This document shows, piece by piece, positions 27,163-37,572 of a stretch of 64,000 bases of DNA. The stretch spans positions 1,103,008 through 1,167,007 of the forward strand of contig OZ243961.1 of assembly GCA_965214605.1 (NCBI GenBank), written 5' to 3'. Source of the DNA: an uncultured Candidatus Binatia bacterium. Its GTDB lineage: Bacteria; Desulfobacterota; Binatia; Bin18. The notes under the pieces are model-generated. The model searched no databases and was not told where the DNA came from. It worked only from the letters and a program-made list of their open reading frames with translations. Position 1 is the stretch's first letter; every line of letters begins with the position of its first letter. The position numbers and the translations under genes were made by a program.

Positions 27163-28770
27163 TCAGCCGTCTTCGAGGTCGGCCACAATCTCGGTCAGCC
27201 AGCGCGGATCAAGTTCGGGAACAGAGGCCACGAGCCGCTCGGTATAAGCGTGCTGGGGACGGGTCAGTACCTCGCGGACTGGACCGCGCTCTACAATACG
27301 GCCTTGGTGCAGGACGAGCACCTCGTCGGCCAGAGATTTTACCACGCTTACATCGTGGCTGATGAATAGATAGGCCAGGCCAAGCGCTTTTTGTAACCCC
27401 TGGAGGAGCCGCACAATCCCCTCGGCAACAACAGGATCAAGCGCCGAGGTTACCTCATCACACACGACGACATCGGGTCGGGCCGCCAGGGCACGGGCGA
27501 TGCACAAGCGCTGCTTTTGGCCGCCCGAGAGTTCGGTGGTCCGGCGCCCGGCAAAAGCGGCGGGCAGCTCAATCATGTCTAGCAGTTCGGCAACCCGCTT
27601 TTGCCGGACCCGACCTCTTAGTCCAAAATAGAATTCCACCGGCCGGCCAAGGACGCGGGCGATCGTGTGGCGGGGATTCAGTGCCACATCGGGCATTTGG
27701 GAGATCAGCTGCACCCGGCGCAGGGTGTCACGGCTGCGTTGGGTGTAGGACGTAGGGAGCGGCTGGCCGTCAAAGATCACAAGCCCTGACTGAGTTGGCA
27801 GCAGGCCGCTCACTACCCGGGCCAGCGTACTCTTGCCGCTGCCGGACTCCCCGACCATAGCGACGGTCTTTCCACGTTGGAGACAAAAACTGAGGTTGTC
27901 AAGAACAGGGGTTCCGGGGCGATAGCTCGCCCGCAAGTTCTGGCACTCAAGCACGACCGAGCTTGGGCGTCGAGACTGGCTGACCGTCCGTCGACGCCAG
28001 GTGGCAAGCAAGCGACGAGTATAAGCGCGTTGCGCTCGGTTAAGAATATCTGGAGTGGACCCTTCTTCAACAACACGGCCGTGACGTAACACGGCGATCC
28101 GGTCTGCCAGCTGGGCGACTAGCGCCAGATCGTGACTAATGTACAGCGCGGCGGCACTGCGAGACCTGATGATCTTCTTGATCGTCACCAGGACCGCGAT
28201 TTGAGTCGTCGCATCCAGGGCCGCAGTCGGCTCATCAAAAATGATGAGCTCAGGGCGGCCCGCCATAGCCATCGCTAGCATGGCACGTTGGAGCTGGCCA
28301 CCAGACACTTGATGCGGATAGCGCGTGCCGATTGTCGGTGGCAGGGCCAGCTGGGCGTACAGCCGGGTGACGCATTTGCGTGCCTCACGGGGGGAGAACA
28401 GACCGTGTTCGAGGGACGGCTCAATACACTGGGTCAGCAAGCGATGGGCGGGATTAAAAGACGCCGCCGCGCTTTGTGCAACATAGGCAATCCGGCTCCC
28501 ACGGAGCTCGCGCAACTCAGCCTCGACCAGCGTATGGAGATCTCGTCCATCAAAGACGATGGAGCCCCCTGCAATACGGCAGCCGGTGCGACTATAATAC
28601 ATAGCGGCCAGACCAAGTGTCGACTTGCCAGCTCCAGACTCTCCGATGATACCGAGCACTTCTCCACGATCAATGTGCAGATCAATCCCGTGTAGGATGG
28701 TCTGTCGTTGGCTGGCAACCCCTTCGACCTGTAAGTTGCGGATAGTGAGGAGGCGTTCCGACATCGTCAT
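27163..28770 (-). CDS. ABC transporter ATP-binding protein with two fused ATPase domains (DppD/DppF-like)
   Basis: Two Walker A sites (GESGAGKST, GESGSGKST), two LSGGQ signature motifs, and Walker B. Confidence 0.9.
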   Translation of the reverse strand: MTMSERLLTIRNLQVEGVASQRQTILHGIDLHIDRGEVLGIIGESGAGKSTLGLAAMYYSRTGCRIAGGSIVFDGRDLHTLVEAELRELRGSRIAYVAQSAAASFNPAHRLLTQCIEPSLEHGLFSPREARKCVTRLYAQLALPPTIGTRYPHQVSGGQLQRAMLAMAMAGRPELIIFDEPTAALDATTQIAVLVTIKKIIRSRSAAALYISHDLALVAQLADRIAVLRHGRVVEEGSTPDILNRAQRAYTRRLLATWRRRTVSQSRRPSSVVLECQNLRASYRPGTPVLDNLSFCLQRGKTVAMVGESGSGKSTLARVVSGLLPTQSGLVIFDGQPLPTSYTQRSRDTLRRVQLISQMPDVALNPRHTIARVLGRPVEFYFGLRGRVRQKRVAELLDMIELPAAFAGRRTTELSGGQKQRLCIARALAARPDVVVCDEVTSALDPVVAEGIVRLLQGLQKALGLAYLFISHDVSVVKSLADEVLVLHQGRIVERGPVREVLTRPQHAYTERLVASVPELDPRWLTEIVADLEDG

Positions 28771-28970
28771 TGAGTATCACACTGAAAATTTTGATTGATC
28801 AACACCTACCCACAGCATTGTCACCGGTTCATCCTCGTTTGAGCTCGCAGCCGGGATATCTGAAACTGCTGACCTCCGGAAAATAGACCTATTAGCTGTT
28901 TCCAATTGCCCAGACCGGGATCGTTCGGTCAGCTGCGCAAGCGATTTGAGCTGAACGACCAGTTCGAGGA

Positions 28971-29510
28971 GTGACTGGTGTGGAGCCATCCCCCGAGGTG
29001 TTTCGTCTGACCAGCAGTAAATGCAAGGCCAAATACCTCCGGAAACTCAGCACAGAGCATCTGTCCTGCGAGGTGCTAAAGCTGACAGACATTCGCAATC
29101 CAGATAAAAGTCGAAGATCGCTCAAGCTCCTCCAGATAGAAAACCCAGGCTTGCTCAATGAATTGGCCAGCTCGCTTGAGATGAGCAAGGAGATCGTCAC
29201 ACAAGATCTTGATCTCTTGGAAAAAAGCGGCGAACGCCTCAAGCCCCATGCGTTCGTATTTTTGGCAAACGTATACCGCAAAGCTGATAGCGACGCCGGT
29301 GAGGAGTCACAGGTCAGCTTGTCTGGTTTTGCGCTCAAATTCGCCTGTAAGCAGGTCCGCAAACCTGATACTTTTTCGGAGTACCAAGGCGCGATGTGGG
29401 AAGCTATGAACAGAGAAAATTGGCTTTCTTTCACCCTCGGCGTACAGAAGGCGACCCCTACACCTGGGAAAAGAGGCTCCACACAGGCGTGCAATAGGCG
29501 GCCCGCCTCT
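28971..29510 (+). CDS. Hypothetical protein in the low-GC insert between the ABC genes. This is a tentative call.
   Basis: It is the only protein-like ORF in the 740-bp low-GC gap. It lies on the opposite strand to the operon. The alternative minus-strand ORF is Ser/Arg/Leu-rich, as antisense ORFs typically are. Confidence 0.25.
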
Positions 29511-29511
29511 C

Positions 29512-30339
29512 TCAGTTATGAGTCGAACCGCCCGTTGAGGGCGATAACCAGTCAACAACCAGATTGACGCCGACCGTGAGTAGCGCAATCGCGGCGGCCG
29601 GAAAAAACGGGGCCGCTAGTCCAAACGGAATCGCCCCCGCGTTTTCGCGGACCATAGTGCCCCAATCGGCCGTCGGTGGCTGAATGCCTAGGCCAAGAAA
29701 ACTGAGCGAACTGATAAACAGGAATACAAAGCAAAAGCGCAGACCAAATTCTGCCAGTAGCGGTCCAAACGTATTGGGCAACATCTCGTAGCGGACGATC
29801 CACCACCATCCCTCACCCCGCAACCTGGCCAACTCGACAAACTCCATCACCGCCACGTCCAGGGCCAGGGCTCGCGATAACCGGAAGACACGGGTAGCGC
29901 TCACCAGGACGCTCACCAGGACGACGGTCGCCGTCGAAGGGTTCAAAATCGACAGCAGCACCAAGGCGAGAATGAAGCTGGGAATAGCCATCAATACCTC
30001 AACCACCCAGCTGAACAACGTATCGAGCCAGCCGCCAATAAGGGCGGCCGAGGAGCCGGCGACAACGCCGAGGACGAACGCCAACAGAGTCGTGAGCAGG
30101 GCTACTGAAACAGTATTGCGAGCGCCGTACAATAAACGCGACAACAGGTCTCTGCCAAGCTGATCCGTTCCAAACAACGCCGAGCGGCTTGACGCCTCCC
30201 ACACATCACCGATGACCTCGGTTTCGCCATACGGAGCCAGCACCGGGGCCAGCACCGCCGTCCCGAGGTAGACGACAATCAAGCTCAAGCCAAGTCTAGC
30301 GCTCAGCGGCACGGCTACGAGACTACGCAAAACAGACAT
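29512..30339 (-). CDS. ABC transporter permease (DppC/OppC-like)
   Basis: Six transmembrane helices and the EAA-like loop of binding-protein-dependent permeases. Confidence 0.85.
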   Translation of the reverse strand: MSVLRSLVAVPLSARLGLSLIVVYLGTAVLAPVLAPYGETEVIGDVWEASSRSALFGTDQLGRDLLSRLLYGARNTVSVALLTTLLAFVLGVVAGSSAALIGGWLDTLFSWVVEVLMAIPSFILALVLLSILNPSTATVVLVSVLVSATRVFRLSRALALDVAVMEFVELARLRGEGWWWIVRYEMLPNTFGPLLAEFGLRFCFVFLFISSLSFLGLGIQPPTADWGTMVRENAGAIPFGLAAPFFPAAAIALLTVGVNLVVDWLSPSTGGSTHN

Positions 30340-30341
30340 GG

Positions 30342-31295
30342 CTAGCTGCTCTGACGCAGCCGAGGATTACTCAGCATGACCAACACATCGGCTGTGAGGT
30401 TAAGCACCACGTACACCGAGGCAAAAATTAGGCCGCACGCCCGCACCACCGGTAGGTCACGTTTGGACACCGCGTCGACCAACAGCTGACCGAGTCCGGG
30501 ATAAACGAACACCACCTCGACCACCACCACCCCGACGATCAAGAAGGCCAGGTTTAGGACAATGACGTTCATAATCGGCGACACCGCGTTGGGCAGGGCG
30601 TGGTAGACAATAATCCGGCTCGGAGACAGCCCTTTGAGCTGAGCCATTTCAATATACGAACTCCGCAGCAAGTTCAGAATCGCCGCTCGGGTCAGCCGTA
30701 CCATATGGGCGCTGACGACCAGGCTGAGGGTCAGGACCGGTAGACTGAGGGCGTACAGTTTGTCGGCCAGCGACATACCGGGAGAGATAATCGACACCGC
30801 CGGAAAGACGTGCAGCTGGACCGCAAAGACGGCCGTGACAAGATAGGCGATAAAAAAATCCGGCAGCGAAATCGTGCCCAGGCTAATAATCGACAGGACT
30901 TTATCAATCCACCTCTCGCGGTACACCGCGGCCACAACGCCCAGGCTCAGGGCCAACGGAACCGCAATCAACGCGGTCACCGCCGCCAGCAACAGGGTGT
31001 TGGCCAAACGCCCACCAATCAGTTCGGTCACCGCTCGCTGATTAGCCAGCGAGGTGCCGAGGTCGCCACGGACAAGAGCTGTCAGCCAGTCGAGGTAGCG
31101 GACATGCGGCGGTTGGTCTACACCTAGCTGGCGACGCAGGGCGGCGACCGTGTCGGGCGTTGCCGACTGGCCCAGCACCGCTTCGGCTACATCACCCGGC
31201 AGGACCTCCAGCCCAAGCGATAGGATAAGCGAGATGACAAACAGGGTCAGCAGGCCAAGGGCCAGCCGTTGGGCGATCAAGGCCCGCAGATTCAT
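30342..31295 (-). CDS. ABC transporter permease (DppB/OppB-like)
   Basis: N-terminal signal-anchor, six transmembrane helices, and BPD-transporter composition. The start ATG overlaps the substrate-binding-protein stop (ATGA). Confidence 0.85.
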   Translation of the reverse strand: MNLRALIAQRLALGLLTLFVISLILSLGLEVLPGDVAEAVLGQSATPDTVAALRRQLGVDQPPHVRYLDWLTALVRGDLGTSLANQRAVTELIGGRLANTLLLAAVTALIAVPLALSLGVVAAVYRERWIDKVLSIISLGTISLPDFFIAYLVTAVFAVQLHVFPAVSIISPGMSLADKLYALSLPVLTLSLVVSAHMVRLTRAAILNLLRSSYIEMAQLKGLSPSRIIVYHALPNAVSPIMNVIVLNLAFLIVGVVVVEVVFVYPGLGQLLVDAVSKRDLPVVRACGLIFASVYVVLNLTADVLVMLSNPRLRQSS

Positions 31296-32878
31296 GGCCC
31301 GCCGTTCTCCCGTGCCCACCACCAGCGCTCGGCACACTTGCCGCCGTCAAGCTCCCGATGGCTGGCTAACTGTCCGAAGCGCAGCCGCCGGTCGACGGCA
31401 CACACATCGGCGGCAAACAGCGGAATAATAGCCCCACCCTCATCCCGCACAATAGCCTGCATCTCGGCGTACTGCTCAGCGCGTTTTCGCTCGTCCAATT
31501 CCGCCTGGGCGGATCTCAGCAGCCGATTAAACCGTGGATGGCTAAAATGTGTGTCGTTCCAGGCCGCACCTTGGGCATAAGCGGTTGCAAACATCAGACC
31601 TACGGTCGGCTGGCCGTTCCATGAACACACGCAAAAGGGCTTTTTGAGCCACACGTTTTTCCAATATCCATCGGCCGGCTCGCGGACGATCTCGATAGGA
31701 ATACCCGCCTTTGCGGCGTGTTCCTGATACAGCACAGCTGTATCGACCGCGCCGGGAAAAGCGGCCTCCGAGGTGCTCAGCCGCAGAGCTGAAGAGCCCA
31801 GCCCGGCGCGCCGCATATGAAACCGGGCGCGGTCCGGATCGTAGCGCCGCTGTGCCAGGTGGGCGGCAAAATAGCGCTGCCCGTTCCTGATCGGATGATC
31901 ATTACCAAGGCTGCCATAGCCGCGCAAAATGGTGCGTAACAGGGCCTCTCGATCTATGGCATATTTGAGCGCCAGGCGCGCATCGACATTATCAAACGGC
32001 GCGACATCGGTATGCATGGCCAGAGAGTAGTGTTTCGTCCCACGGGTTTGCAGCACCTGAATGCCGGGCAGGCGTTTCAAGAGATGCAGGGTTTTCAGCT
32101 CGCAGCGGTTGATGACGTTAACCTGACCGGTTTGCAGGGCGGCGGTTCGAGCGTTCACATCGGAAATGGCCAGCATTTCTATTGTCTCAAAGTGAGCACG
32201 GCCGGTCTTCCAGTAGTTGGAATTCCGCCGGGTCAGCGAGCGGACGCCGGGCTCAAACTGAACCAATTGATAGCCACCGGTCCCCAGGCCGGTCGTGACA
32301 TCGCTGCGGTGAGGCTGAATCGTCAGGTGCACGTCGGCCAGCACAAACGGAAAATCGGCCTGACTGTCCTTGAGATCAAAGATCACCCCAGCCTTCCCAT
32401 CCGGACGGATGCGGCGAATGTTGTCCAGCAAACTTTTTACCGGCGAGATCGAACTCTCGCCCCGATGATGGTTGATCGAGGTGACCACATCGACGGCCTC
32501 AAGGGTTTTGCCGTTGTGAAACTCAACACCCCGTCGCAGTCGAAAGTACCATACTCTGGCATCCGAAGAGGCGTCCCAGCTCTCGGCCAACTCGGGTCTG
32601 GGCTCACCCTGTTCGTCTATCTCGACTAGAGTATTACGTAACTGGCCAAAAGACAGCAGGGTCATAAAGGCGTCTGATATACGGGCCGGGTCGAGCGAGT
32701 CGCTAGTGAAGCCACCCGAAATCCCCATCCGTAATTGACCGCCTTTCTGCGGAGTGATGGCACGCGCCTGAGCCAACAGTTCGGGGGCGGCCGAGGCCAG
32801 CCCTAGGGCCGCGACCGAGGCTAAGAACTGCCGACGGGACAGCGGGCTTGGAGCGGACGTGGCGGTCGACATAGGCAT
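31292..32878 (-). CDS. ABC transporter substrate-binding protein, family 5 (peptide/nickel), Tat-secreted
   Basis: Twin-arginine signal SRRQFLASVAALGLASAA. A length of about 528 aa and the SBP_bac_5 pattern. Confidence 0.85.
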   Translation of the reverse strand: MPMSTATSAPSPLSRRQFLASVAALGLASAAPELLAQARAITPQKGGQLRMGISGGFTSDSLDPARISDAFMTLLSFGQLRNTLVEIDEQGEPRPELAESWDASSDARVWYFRLRRGVEFHNGKTLEAVDVVTSINHHRGESSISPVKSLLDNIRRIRPDGKAGVIFDLKDSQADFPFVLADVHLTIQPHRSDVTTGLGTGGYQLVQFEPGVRSLTRRNSNYWKTGRAHFETIEMLAISDVNARTAALQTGQVNVINRCELKTLHLLKRLPGIQVLQTRGTKHYSLAMHTDVAPFDNVDARLALKYAIDREALLRTILRGYGSLGNDHPIRNGQRYFAAHLAQRRYDPDRARFHMRRAGLGSSALRLSTSEAAFPGAVDTAVLYQEHAAKAGIPIEIVREPADGYWKNVWLKKPFCVCSWNGQPTVGLMFATAYAQGAAWNDTHFSHPRFNRLLRSAQAELDERKRAEQYAEMQAIVRDEGGAIIPLFAADVCAVDRRLRFGQLASHRELDGGKCAERWWWARENGGP

Positions 32879-33018
32879 AGCTTGGGTGGCGGACGGGCCT
32901 CAGTCTGAGGCGTCTTTTGTCAGGGGCGTCACCGGGCTATGATAGTCAAAACTCGACAAGGGATATAGGGCCTCGGGCGTGAGGCCAAGAACTCTACCAA
33001 GAGGCGTTTAGGTCATCC

Positions 33019-33966
33019 GTGCCTTCCCCTCCAGATTCACCGCTGACGCCCTTTTTAGCTCGCAATGGCGTCTTGATTGTCGACGGGGGGCTGGCAACCG
33101 AACTCGAAGCGCTCGGCTATCAGCTTCCCGATGGACTGTGGTCAGCCCGCCTGTTAGACACAGCGCCTCAGGCTATTCAACAAGTCCATGCCGACTATCT
33201 GGCGGCCGGCGCCGATTGCATAATCACCGCCAGCTATCAGGCCAGCCTGCCCGGCTTTGTAGACCACGGCTACAGCCAAAGCCGAGCCGTTGAGCTGCTT
33301 CGCACTTCGGTCGAGCTAGCCCTGAACGCGCGCGAGTCGTTTTGGTCCAAGGCCGGCAATCGGCCCAGCCGTCTGCGGCCGCTAGTTGCGGCCAGTATAG
33401 GTCCCTACGGCGCCTATCGTGCCGACGGTTCTGAGTACACTGGCCAGTACGGCCTGAGCGAGGACGAGTTGGTCACTTTTCATCGGCAGCGCTGGCAGCT
33501 CTTCGTCGCCAGCCAGGCCGATCTGCTGGCCTGCGAAACGATTCCCTGCGCGCTGGAGGCTCGGGCCTTGGCCCACCTGCTGAACGAAACGCCGGACAGC
33601 CGGGCCTGGGTCAGCTTCAGCTGTCGGGACGGACAGCACATCAGCGACGGCACGCCGCTGGCAGAAGCCCTGGCCCCGTTTGTTGACCTCCCTCAGGTGG
33701 TCGCGCTGGGCACTAACTGTACGGCCCTCCGCTATGTTTTGCCCCTGCTTGAGACGCTTCACAGCGTCACTGCCAAGCCGCTTATCGTCTACCCCAATTG
33801 TGCTCAGGGCTATGACAGACAGACACGGCGGTGGGGGGCGTCCCTCCTGGCCTGCGACTTTGCGGCCGCTGCTCAGACCTGGCAGCAAGCCGGAGCGGTG
33901 CTGATCGGCGGCTGTTGTCGGACCACGCCAAGCCATATTGCAGCCCTCCGCGCCCGCTTGGTATAA
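33019..33966 (+). CDS. mmuM: Homocysteine S-methyltransferase
   Basis: GGLATELE... N-terminus, zinc-ligand cysteines including the C-terminal GGCCRTTP. Confidence 0.85.
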   Translation: MPSPPDSPLTPFLARNGVLIVDGGLATELEALGYQLPDGLWSARLLDTAPQAIQQVHADYLAAGADCIITASYQASLPGFVDHGYSQSRAVELLRTSVELALNARESFWSKAGNRPSRLRPLVAASIGPYGAYRADGSEYTGQYGLSEDELVTFHRQRWQLFVASQADLLACETIPCALEARALAHLLNETPDSRAWVSFSCRDGQHISDGTPLAEALAPFVDLPQVVALGTNCTALRYVLPLLETLHSVTAKPLIVYPNCAQGYDRQTRRWGASLLACDFAAAAQTWQQAGAVLIGGCCRTTPSHIAALRARLV

Positions 33967-34020
33967 GACCGGACAGCAACCCTATCCGTAGCGTCACGGC
34001 TGGTGTCGAGGGCGAACGGG

Positions 34021-34536
34021 CTAATCAAACTCCAGCAGCGCAAACACGTCATGCGGGGCGAGATGCCGACGGCCATCCAAAGTGGTCAGTTCAATCAGAA
34101 AGGCGACTTCAACCACCTCGCCTCGTAGCTGCTGAATGAGCTGCAGGGCAGCCCGGGCTGTACCACCGGTGGCTAATAGGTCATCAACTAACAAGACTCG
34201 ACTGCCGGGTGCAAACGCATCTTGATGGATTTCTAAACGGTCGGTGCCGTACTCTAGTTCATAGTTGGCCGCGAAAGTTGCCGCCGGCAACTTTTCGGGC
34301 TTGCGCACGATCGCCAGGCCGCAGCCTAAGCTATAGGCAAGCGCTGTGCCGACCAGGAAGCCACGCGCCTCTATTCCCACGATCGTATCAACCCGGTCCC
34401 GATAGCGCTCGGTTAGGCGGTCAATGCACACGCGCCAGGCCGGACCGTTGGCCAGCAGGGGGGTGATGTCACGGAACATAATACCCGGTTTGGGAAAATC
34501 TGGGATGCTTCGGATGTAGGCTTTGAGGTCAAGCAT
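34021..34536 (-). CDS. apt: Adenine phosphoribosyltransferase
   Basis: PRPP-binding motif VLLVDDLLATGGTA and the APRT N-terminal pattern (IPDFPKPGIMFRDITPLL). Confidence 0.9.
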   Translation of the reverse strand: MLDLKAYIRSIPDFPKPGIMFRDITPLLANGPAWRVCIDRLTERYRDRVDTIVGIEARGFLVGTALAYSLGCGLAIVRKPEKLPAATFAANYELEYGTDRLEIHQDAFAPGSRVLLVDDLLATGGTARAALQLIQQLRGEVVEVAFLIELTTLDGRRHLAPHDVFALLEFD

Positions 34537-34552
34537 GACGGTCTCCGACGCG

Positions 34553-35290
34553 TTATTTACTGACTAGCTGACGGTCCGAGGGTAAGAGTTTGAGCGGATT
34601 CTGGGCTTTATTATGACGCCGAATCTCAAAATGCAAATTGGGGCCGGTAGTCCGTCCGGTCTTGCCAACGGCAGCAATCCGCTGGCCCTGTTTGACAGTC
34701 TGGCCCTGTTTGACGTAATGCGCGCTGTTATGGGCATACACCGAGGCATAGCCATTACCGTGCCGAACAATAATAACCTTCCCATAGCCTCGCAACACCC
34801 CGCTGTAGATGACTTCACCTGGAGCGACAGCCACGACCGGGGTGCCGGCCGGAGCGGCAATATCAATCCCATCGTGAAAACTGTTATTGCGCGGCCCATA
34901 TTTCGAGGTTACGGTACCAGTAGCCGGCCAGATAAAACGACCCCGAGCTGGACGATCCAACTCATGTTTCTGCTCCTTAACAGCCGTCCGCCTAGCCGCG
35001 ATACGTTGGCGCGTCGGCCCAGCCCGGGGCTGGGCGGTCTTCAATGAGTCGGTCCCGCCGTGCGGAATACGCAAGCGCTGGCCAACCTGGATTTTATCTG
35101 GATCAACAAGATTGTTCAGCTGGGAAATCTCTCGGAAAGGGATGCCGTAGCGCACCCCGATAGCAGACAGGGTGTCGCCCGGTCGTACAGTATGAACCAG
35201 CTGTCTTGCCCCCCGTGAACACCCCGACATGCCCACGCACCAGAGCAGGATGAGCCCCAAGCCAAGGTATATCCGCCTCCGCACCGCCAC
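34553..35290 (-). CDS. LysM-domain M23-family metallopeptidase
   Basis: Signal peptide. LysM (VRPGDTLSAIGVRYGIPFREISQLNNL...). M23 motifs HDGIDIAAPAGTPV and GYGKVIIVRHGNGYASVYAH. Confidence 0.85.
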   Translation of the reverse strand: MAVRRRIYLGLGLILLWCVGMSGCSRGARQLVHTVRPGDTLSAIGVRYGIPFREISQLNNLVDPDKIQVGQRLRIPHGGTDSLKTAQPRAGPTRQRIAARRTAVKEQKHELDRPARGRFIWPATGTVTSKYGPRNNSFHDGIDIAAPAGTPVVAVAPGEVIYSGVLRGYGKVIIVRHGNGYASVYAHNSAHYVKQGQTVKQGQRIAAVGKTGRTTGPNLHFEIRRHNKAQNPLKLLPSDRQLVSK

Positions 35291-35299
35291 TCCCTCACA

Positions 35300-35884
35300 C
35301 TACCCATACCACCACCCCAGAACAACAAACCCGAGCAGCAGCAGAATGGTAAAGACTATTGTCAGGATGTTGAAGTATTTGTCAATAAAGGTCTTGATGG
35401 TCGGACCGTAATAATAAATCAGGCCGCTGATGAGCAAAAAGCGGGCCGAACGGCTCAGGATCGAAGCAATCACAAATGTCGCCAGCGAGAGCTGGGTCGC
35501 TCCCGCCGCAATGGTAAAAACCTTATACGGAATAGGCGTAAAGCCAGCAATGGCAACGGCCCAGCCCCCGTACTCCACAAACCGCTGCTGGACCTCGGCA
35601 AACGCGTCCTGAGCGTTGTACAGCTCAATGATTGGCCGTCCGACCCCATCCATCAGCAGCCAGCCTATCAGATAGCCGCCCAGACCACCTGCAACAGATC
35701 CGACCGAACAGATCAGAGCAAACCGAAAAGCCGCCCCCGGTTTGCCCAAGGCCAGGGCCATCAGCAGCACGTCGGGGGGAATAGGAAAAAAGGACGACTC
35801 GACAAAAGCGATCAGCAAAAGGGCTAGACCGCCATAGCGATGGTCAGCCCAGCCGAGGACCCAGTCGTATGCCTGTCGAATCAT
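35300..35884 (-). CDS. DedA/YqaA-family (VTT-domain) membrane protein
   Basis: VESSFFPIPPDVLL motif plus four to five transmembrane helices. Confidence 0.65.
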   Translation of the reverse strand: MIRQAYDWVLGWADHRYGGLALLLIAFVESSFFPIPPDVLLMALALGKPGAAFRFALICSVGSVAGGLGGYLIGWLLMDGVGRPIIELYNAQDAFAEVQQRFVEYGGWAVAIAGFTPIPYKVFTIAAGATQLSLATFVIASILSRSARFLLISGLIYYYGPTIKTFIDKYFNILTIVFTILLLLGFVVLGWWYG

Positions 35885-35908
35885 TGAAAGCGGAAAGAAT
35901 CATTCCGT

Positions 35909-37525
35909 TCAGACCCGCAACGGAGCGGGCGCCTCGACTGACGCGGGTTGACCGGTACGTTTTTTATCTTTGTACAGTTTGTACTCGATGCTATCGACAA
36001 GAGCCTGCCAGCTGGCCTCAATCACATTTGGTGAGACTCCAACCGTCCCCCATTTGCTATGTTCGTCCCCGGATTCAATCAACACCCGCACCGTCGCCCC
36101 GGTTCCGGCATCTTCGCCCAGCACCCGGACTTTATAGTCGAGCAGTTCCACGGTCTCGAGTTGGGGATAGAACTGGGTCAGAGCTTTGCGCAGCGCCCGG
36201 TCGAGGGCGTTGATCGGGCCGTTGCCCTGGGCCGCGGTATGCTCAACTGCTCCGTCTGGGCCTTCGACCATGATGGTCGCCTCAGACAGGGACGGCCCGT
36301 CCTCTTCGTGCTTCTCATCAATCACCCGAAAGCCGATCAAGCGGAAGTGGCGCACCTTGCCGTTAAGAGCTTTTTGCATCAACAGCTCAAACGACGCGTC
36401 GGCTCCCTCATACTGAAAGCCGGCGCTCTCAAGCTGTTTGACCTCGTGCAGAATCGTTTTTACCGCCGGATCGGTATTGTCCACGTCAAGCCCAAACTGC
36501 TTGGCTTTATAGATCACATTGCTACGACCCGACAAGTCAGAGACCAAGACACGTTGGTGGTTGCCGATCAGTTCAGGATCAATATGTTCGTAGGTCTCGC
36601 GATTTTTTTGGACCGCGGCCACGTGCAACCCGCCTTTATGGGCAAACGCGCTGGCACCAACGTAAGCTTGGCGCTTCTGGGGTTCGATATTGGCTAGTTC
36701 GTACACCGTGCGGGAAACCGTCGGCAATGTCTTGAGCTGGGCTGGGCTGACACACTGGTAGCCTAGTTTGAGTTGCAGATTCGGTACGACTGAGCACAGG
36801 TTGGCGTTTCCACATCGCTCGCCAAAACCGTTAATCGTGCCCTGCACCTGGCCGGCTCCGCCCTCCACACCGGCCAGCGAGTTGGCAACGGCCAGCTCAC
36901 AGTCGTTGTGACAGTGAATGCCCAGGCGGCTGCCCAGGCGAGCGGCCGCCTGGGTCAGATCCCGAATCTCGTGCGGCATGCTTCCCCCGCGCGTATCACA
37001 TAAGACCAACACATCGGCCCCGGCCTGGGCGGCCACCTTCAGACATTCTAGAGCGTAGTCGGAGTTGGCCTTGTAGCCGTCAAAAAAGTGCTCGGCATCA
37101 AAAAAGACCTCATCCACGCGGGCCTTCAGATAGGCAATCGAGTCACCGATGATTTCGAGGTTCGCCTGTTTTGAGATCCGCAGATCGTCTCGGACATGCA
37201 AATCCCAGGCCTTACCGACGATGGTGACAACCGGGGTCTCGGCTTGGAGCAACAACCTGATATTCAGGTCATCGCCGGCCGTGATATTGGCACGGCGAGT
37301 GGAACCAAAAGCGGCGATTTTGGCCTGTTTGAGAGAGAGTTTTTTGACCGCGCTGAAAAATTCCTCATCCCTCGGGTTAGAGCCCGGCCAACCGCCCTCA
37401 ATGTAGCTCGTGCCAAAATTGTCCAATTGCTGGACAATCAACAGCTTATCTTCCAGGGTAAAAGCCACGTCTTCGGACTGACAGCCGTCACGCAGGGTGG
37501 TATCGTACAAGACTATGCGTTGCAT
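35909..37525 (-). CDS. cimA: (R)-citramalate synthase / 2-isopropylmalate-synthase-family enzyme
   Basis: LYDTTLRDGCQSEDVAF and GGWPGSNPRD are characteristic of the CimA clade of the LeuA/HMGL-like family. A C-terminal regulatory domain is present. Confidence 0.75.
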   Translation of the reverse strand: MQRIVLYDTTLRDGCQSEDVAFTLEDKLLIVQQLDNFGTSYIEGGWPGSNPRDEEFFSAVKKLSLKQAKIAAFGSTRRANITAGDDLNIRLLLQAETPVVTIVGKAWDLHVRDDLRISKQANLEIIGDSIAYLKARVDEVFFDAEHFFDGYKANSDYALECLKVAAQAGADVLVLCDTRGGSMPHEIRDLTQAAARLGSRLGIHCHNDCELAVANSLAGVEGGAGQVQGTINGFGERCGNANLCSVVPNLQLKLGYQCVSPAQLKTLPTVSRTVYELANIEPQKRQAYVGASAFAHKGGLHVAAVQKNRETYEHIDPELIGNHQRVLVSDLSGRSNVIYKAKQFGLDVDNTDPAVKTILHEVKQLESAGFQYEGADASFELLMQKALNGKVRHFRLIGFRVIDEKHEEDGPSLSEATIMVEGPDGAVEHTAAQGNGPINALDRALRKALTQFYPQLETVELLDYKVRVLGEDAGTGATVRVLIESGDEHSKWGTVGVSPNVIEASWQALVDSIEYKLYKDKKRTGQPASVEAPAPLRV

Positions 37526-37572
37526 GGTGGACCTCTGAGAAATAGGATCTCCGTATCGGGACGGGGGCGCTG

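Noticed and set aside
28892-29494. 200-aa minus-strand ORF in the ABC-operon insert
   Set aside because: It has a Ser/Arg/Leu-rich, low-complexity composition. The plus-strand ORF covering the same DNA looks more protein-like, so the minus ORF is treated as its shadow. Neither call is certain.
32908-32922. Perfect palindrome GCCTCAGTCTGAGGC followed by GTCTTTTGTC, between the divergent substrate-binding-protein and mmuM genes
   Set aside because: It looks like a terminator on the plus strand, but no plus-strand gene ends upstream of it. It is more likely an operator or a chance palindrome in a divergent promoter region, and I could not assign it.
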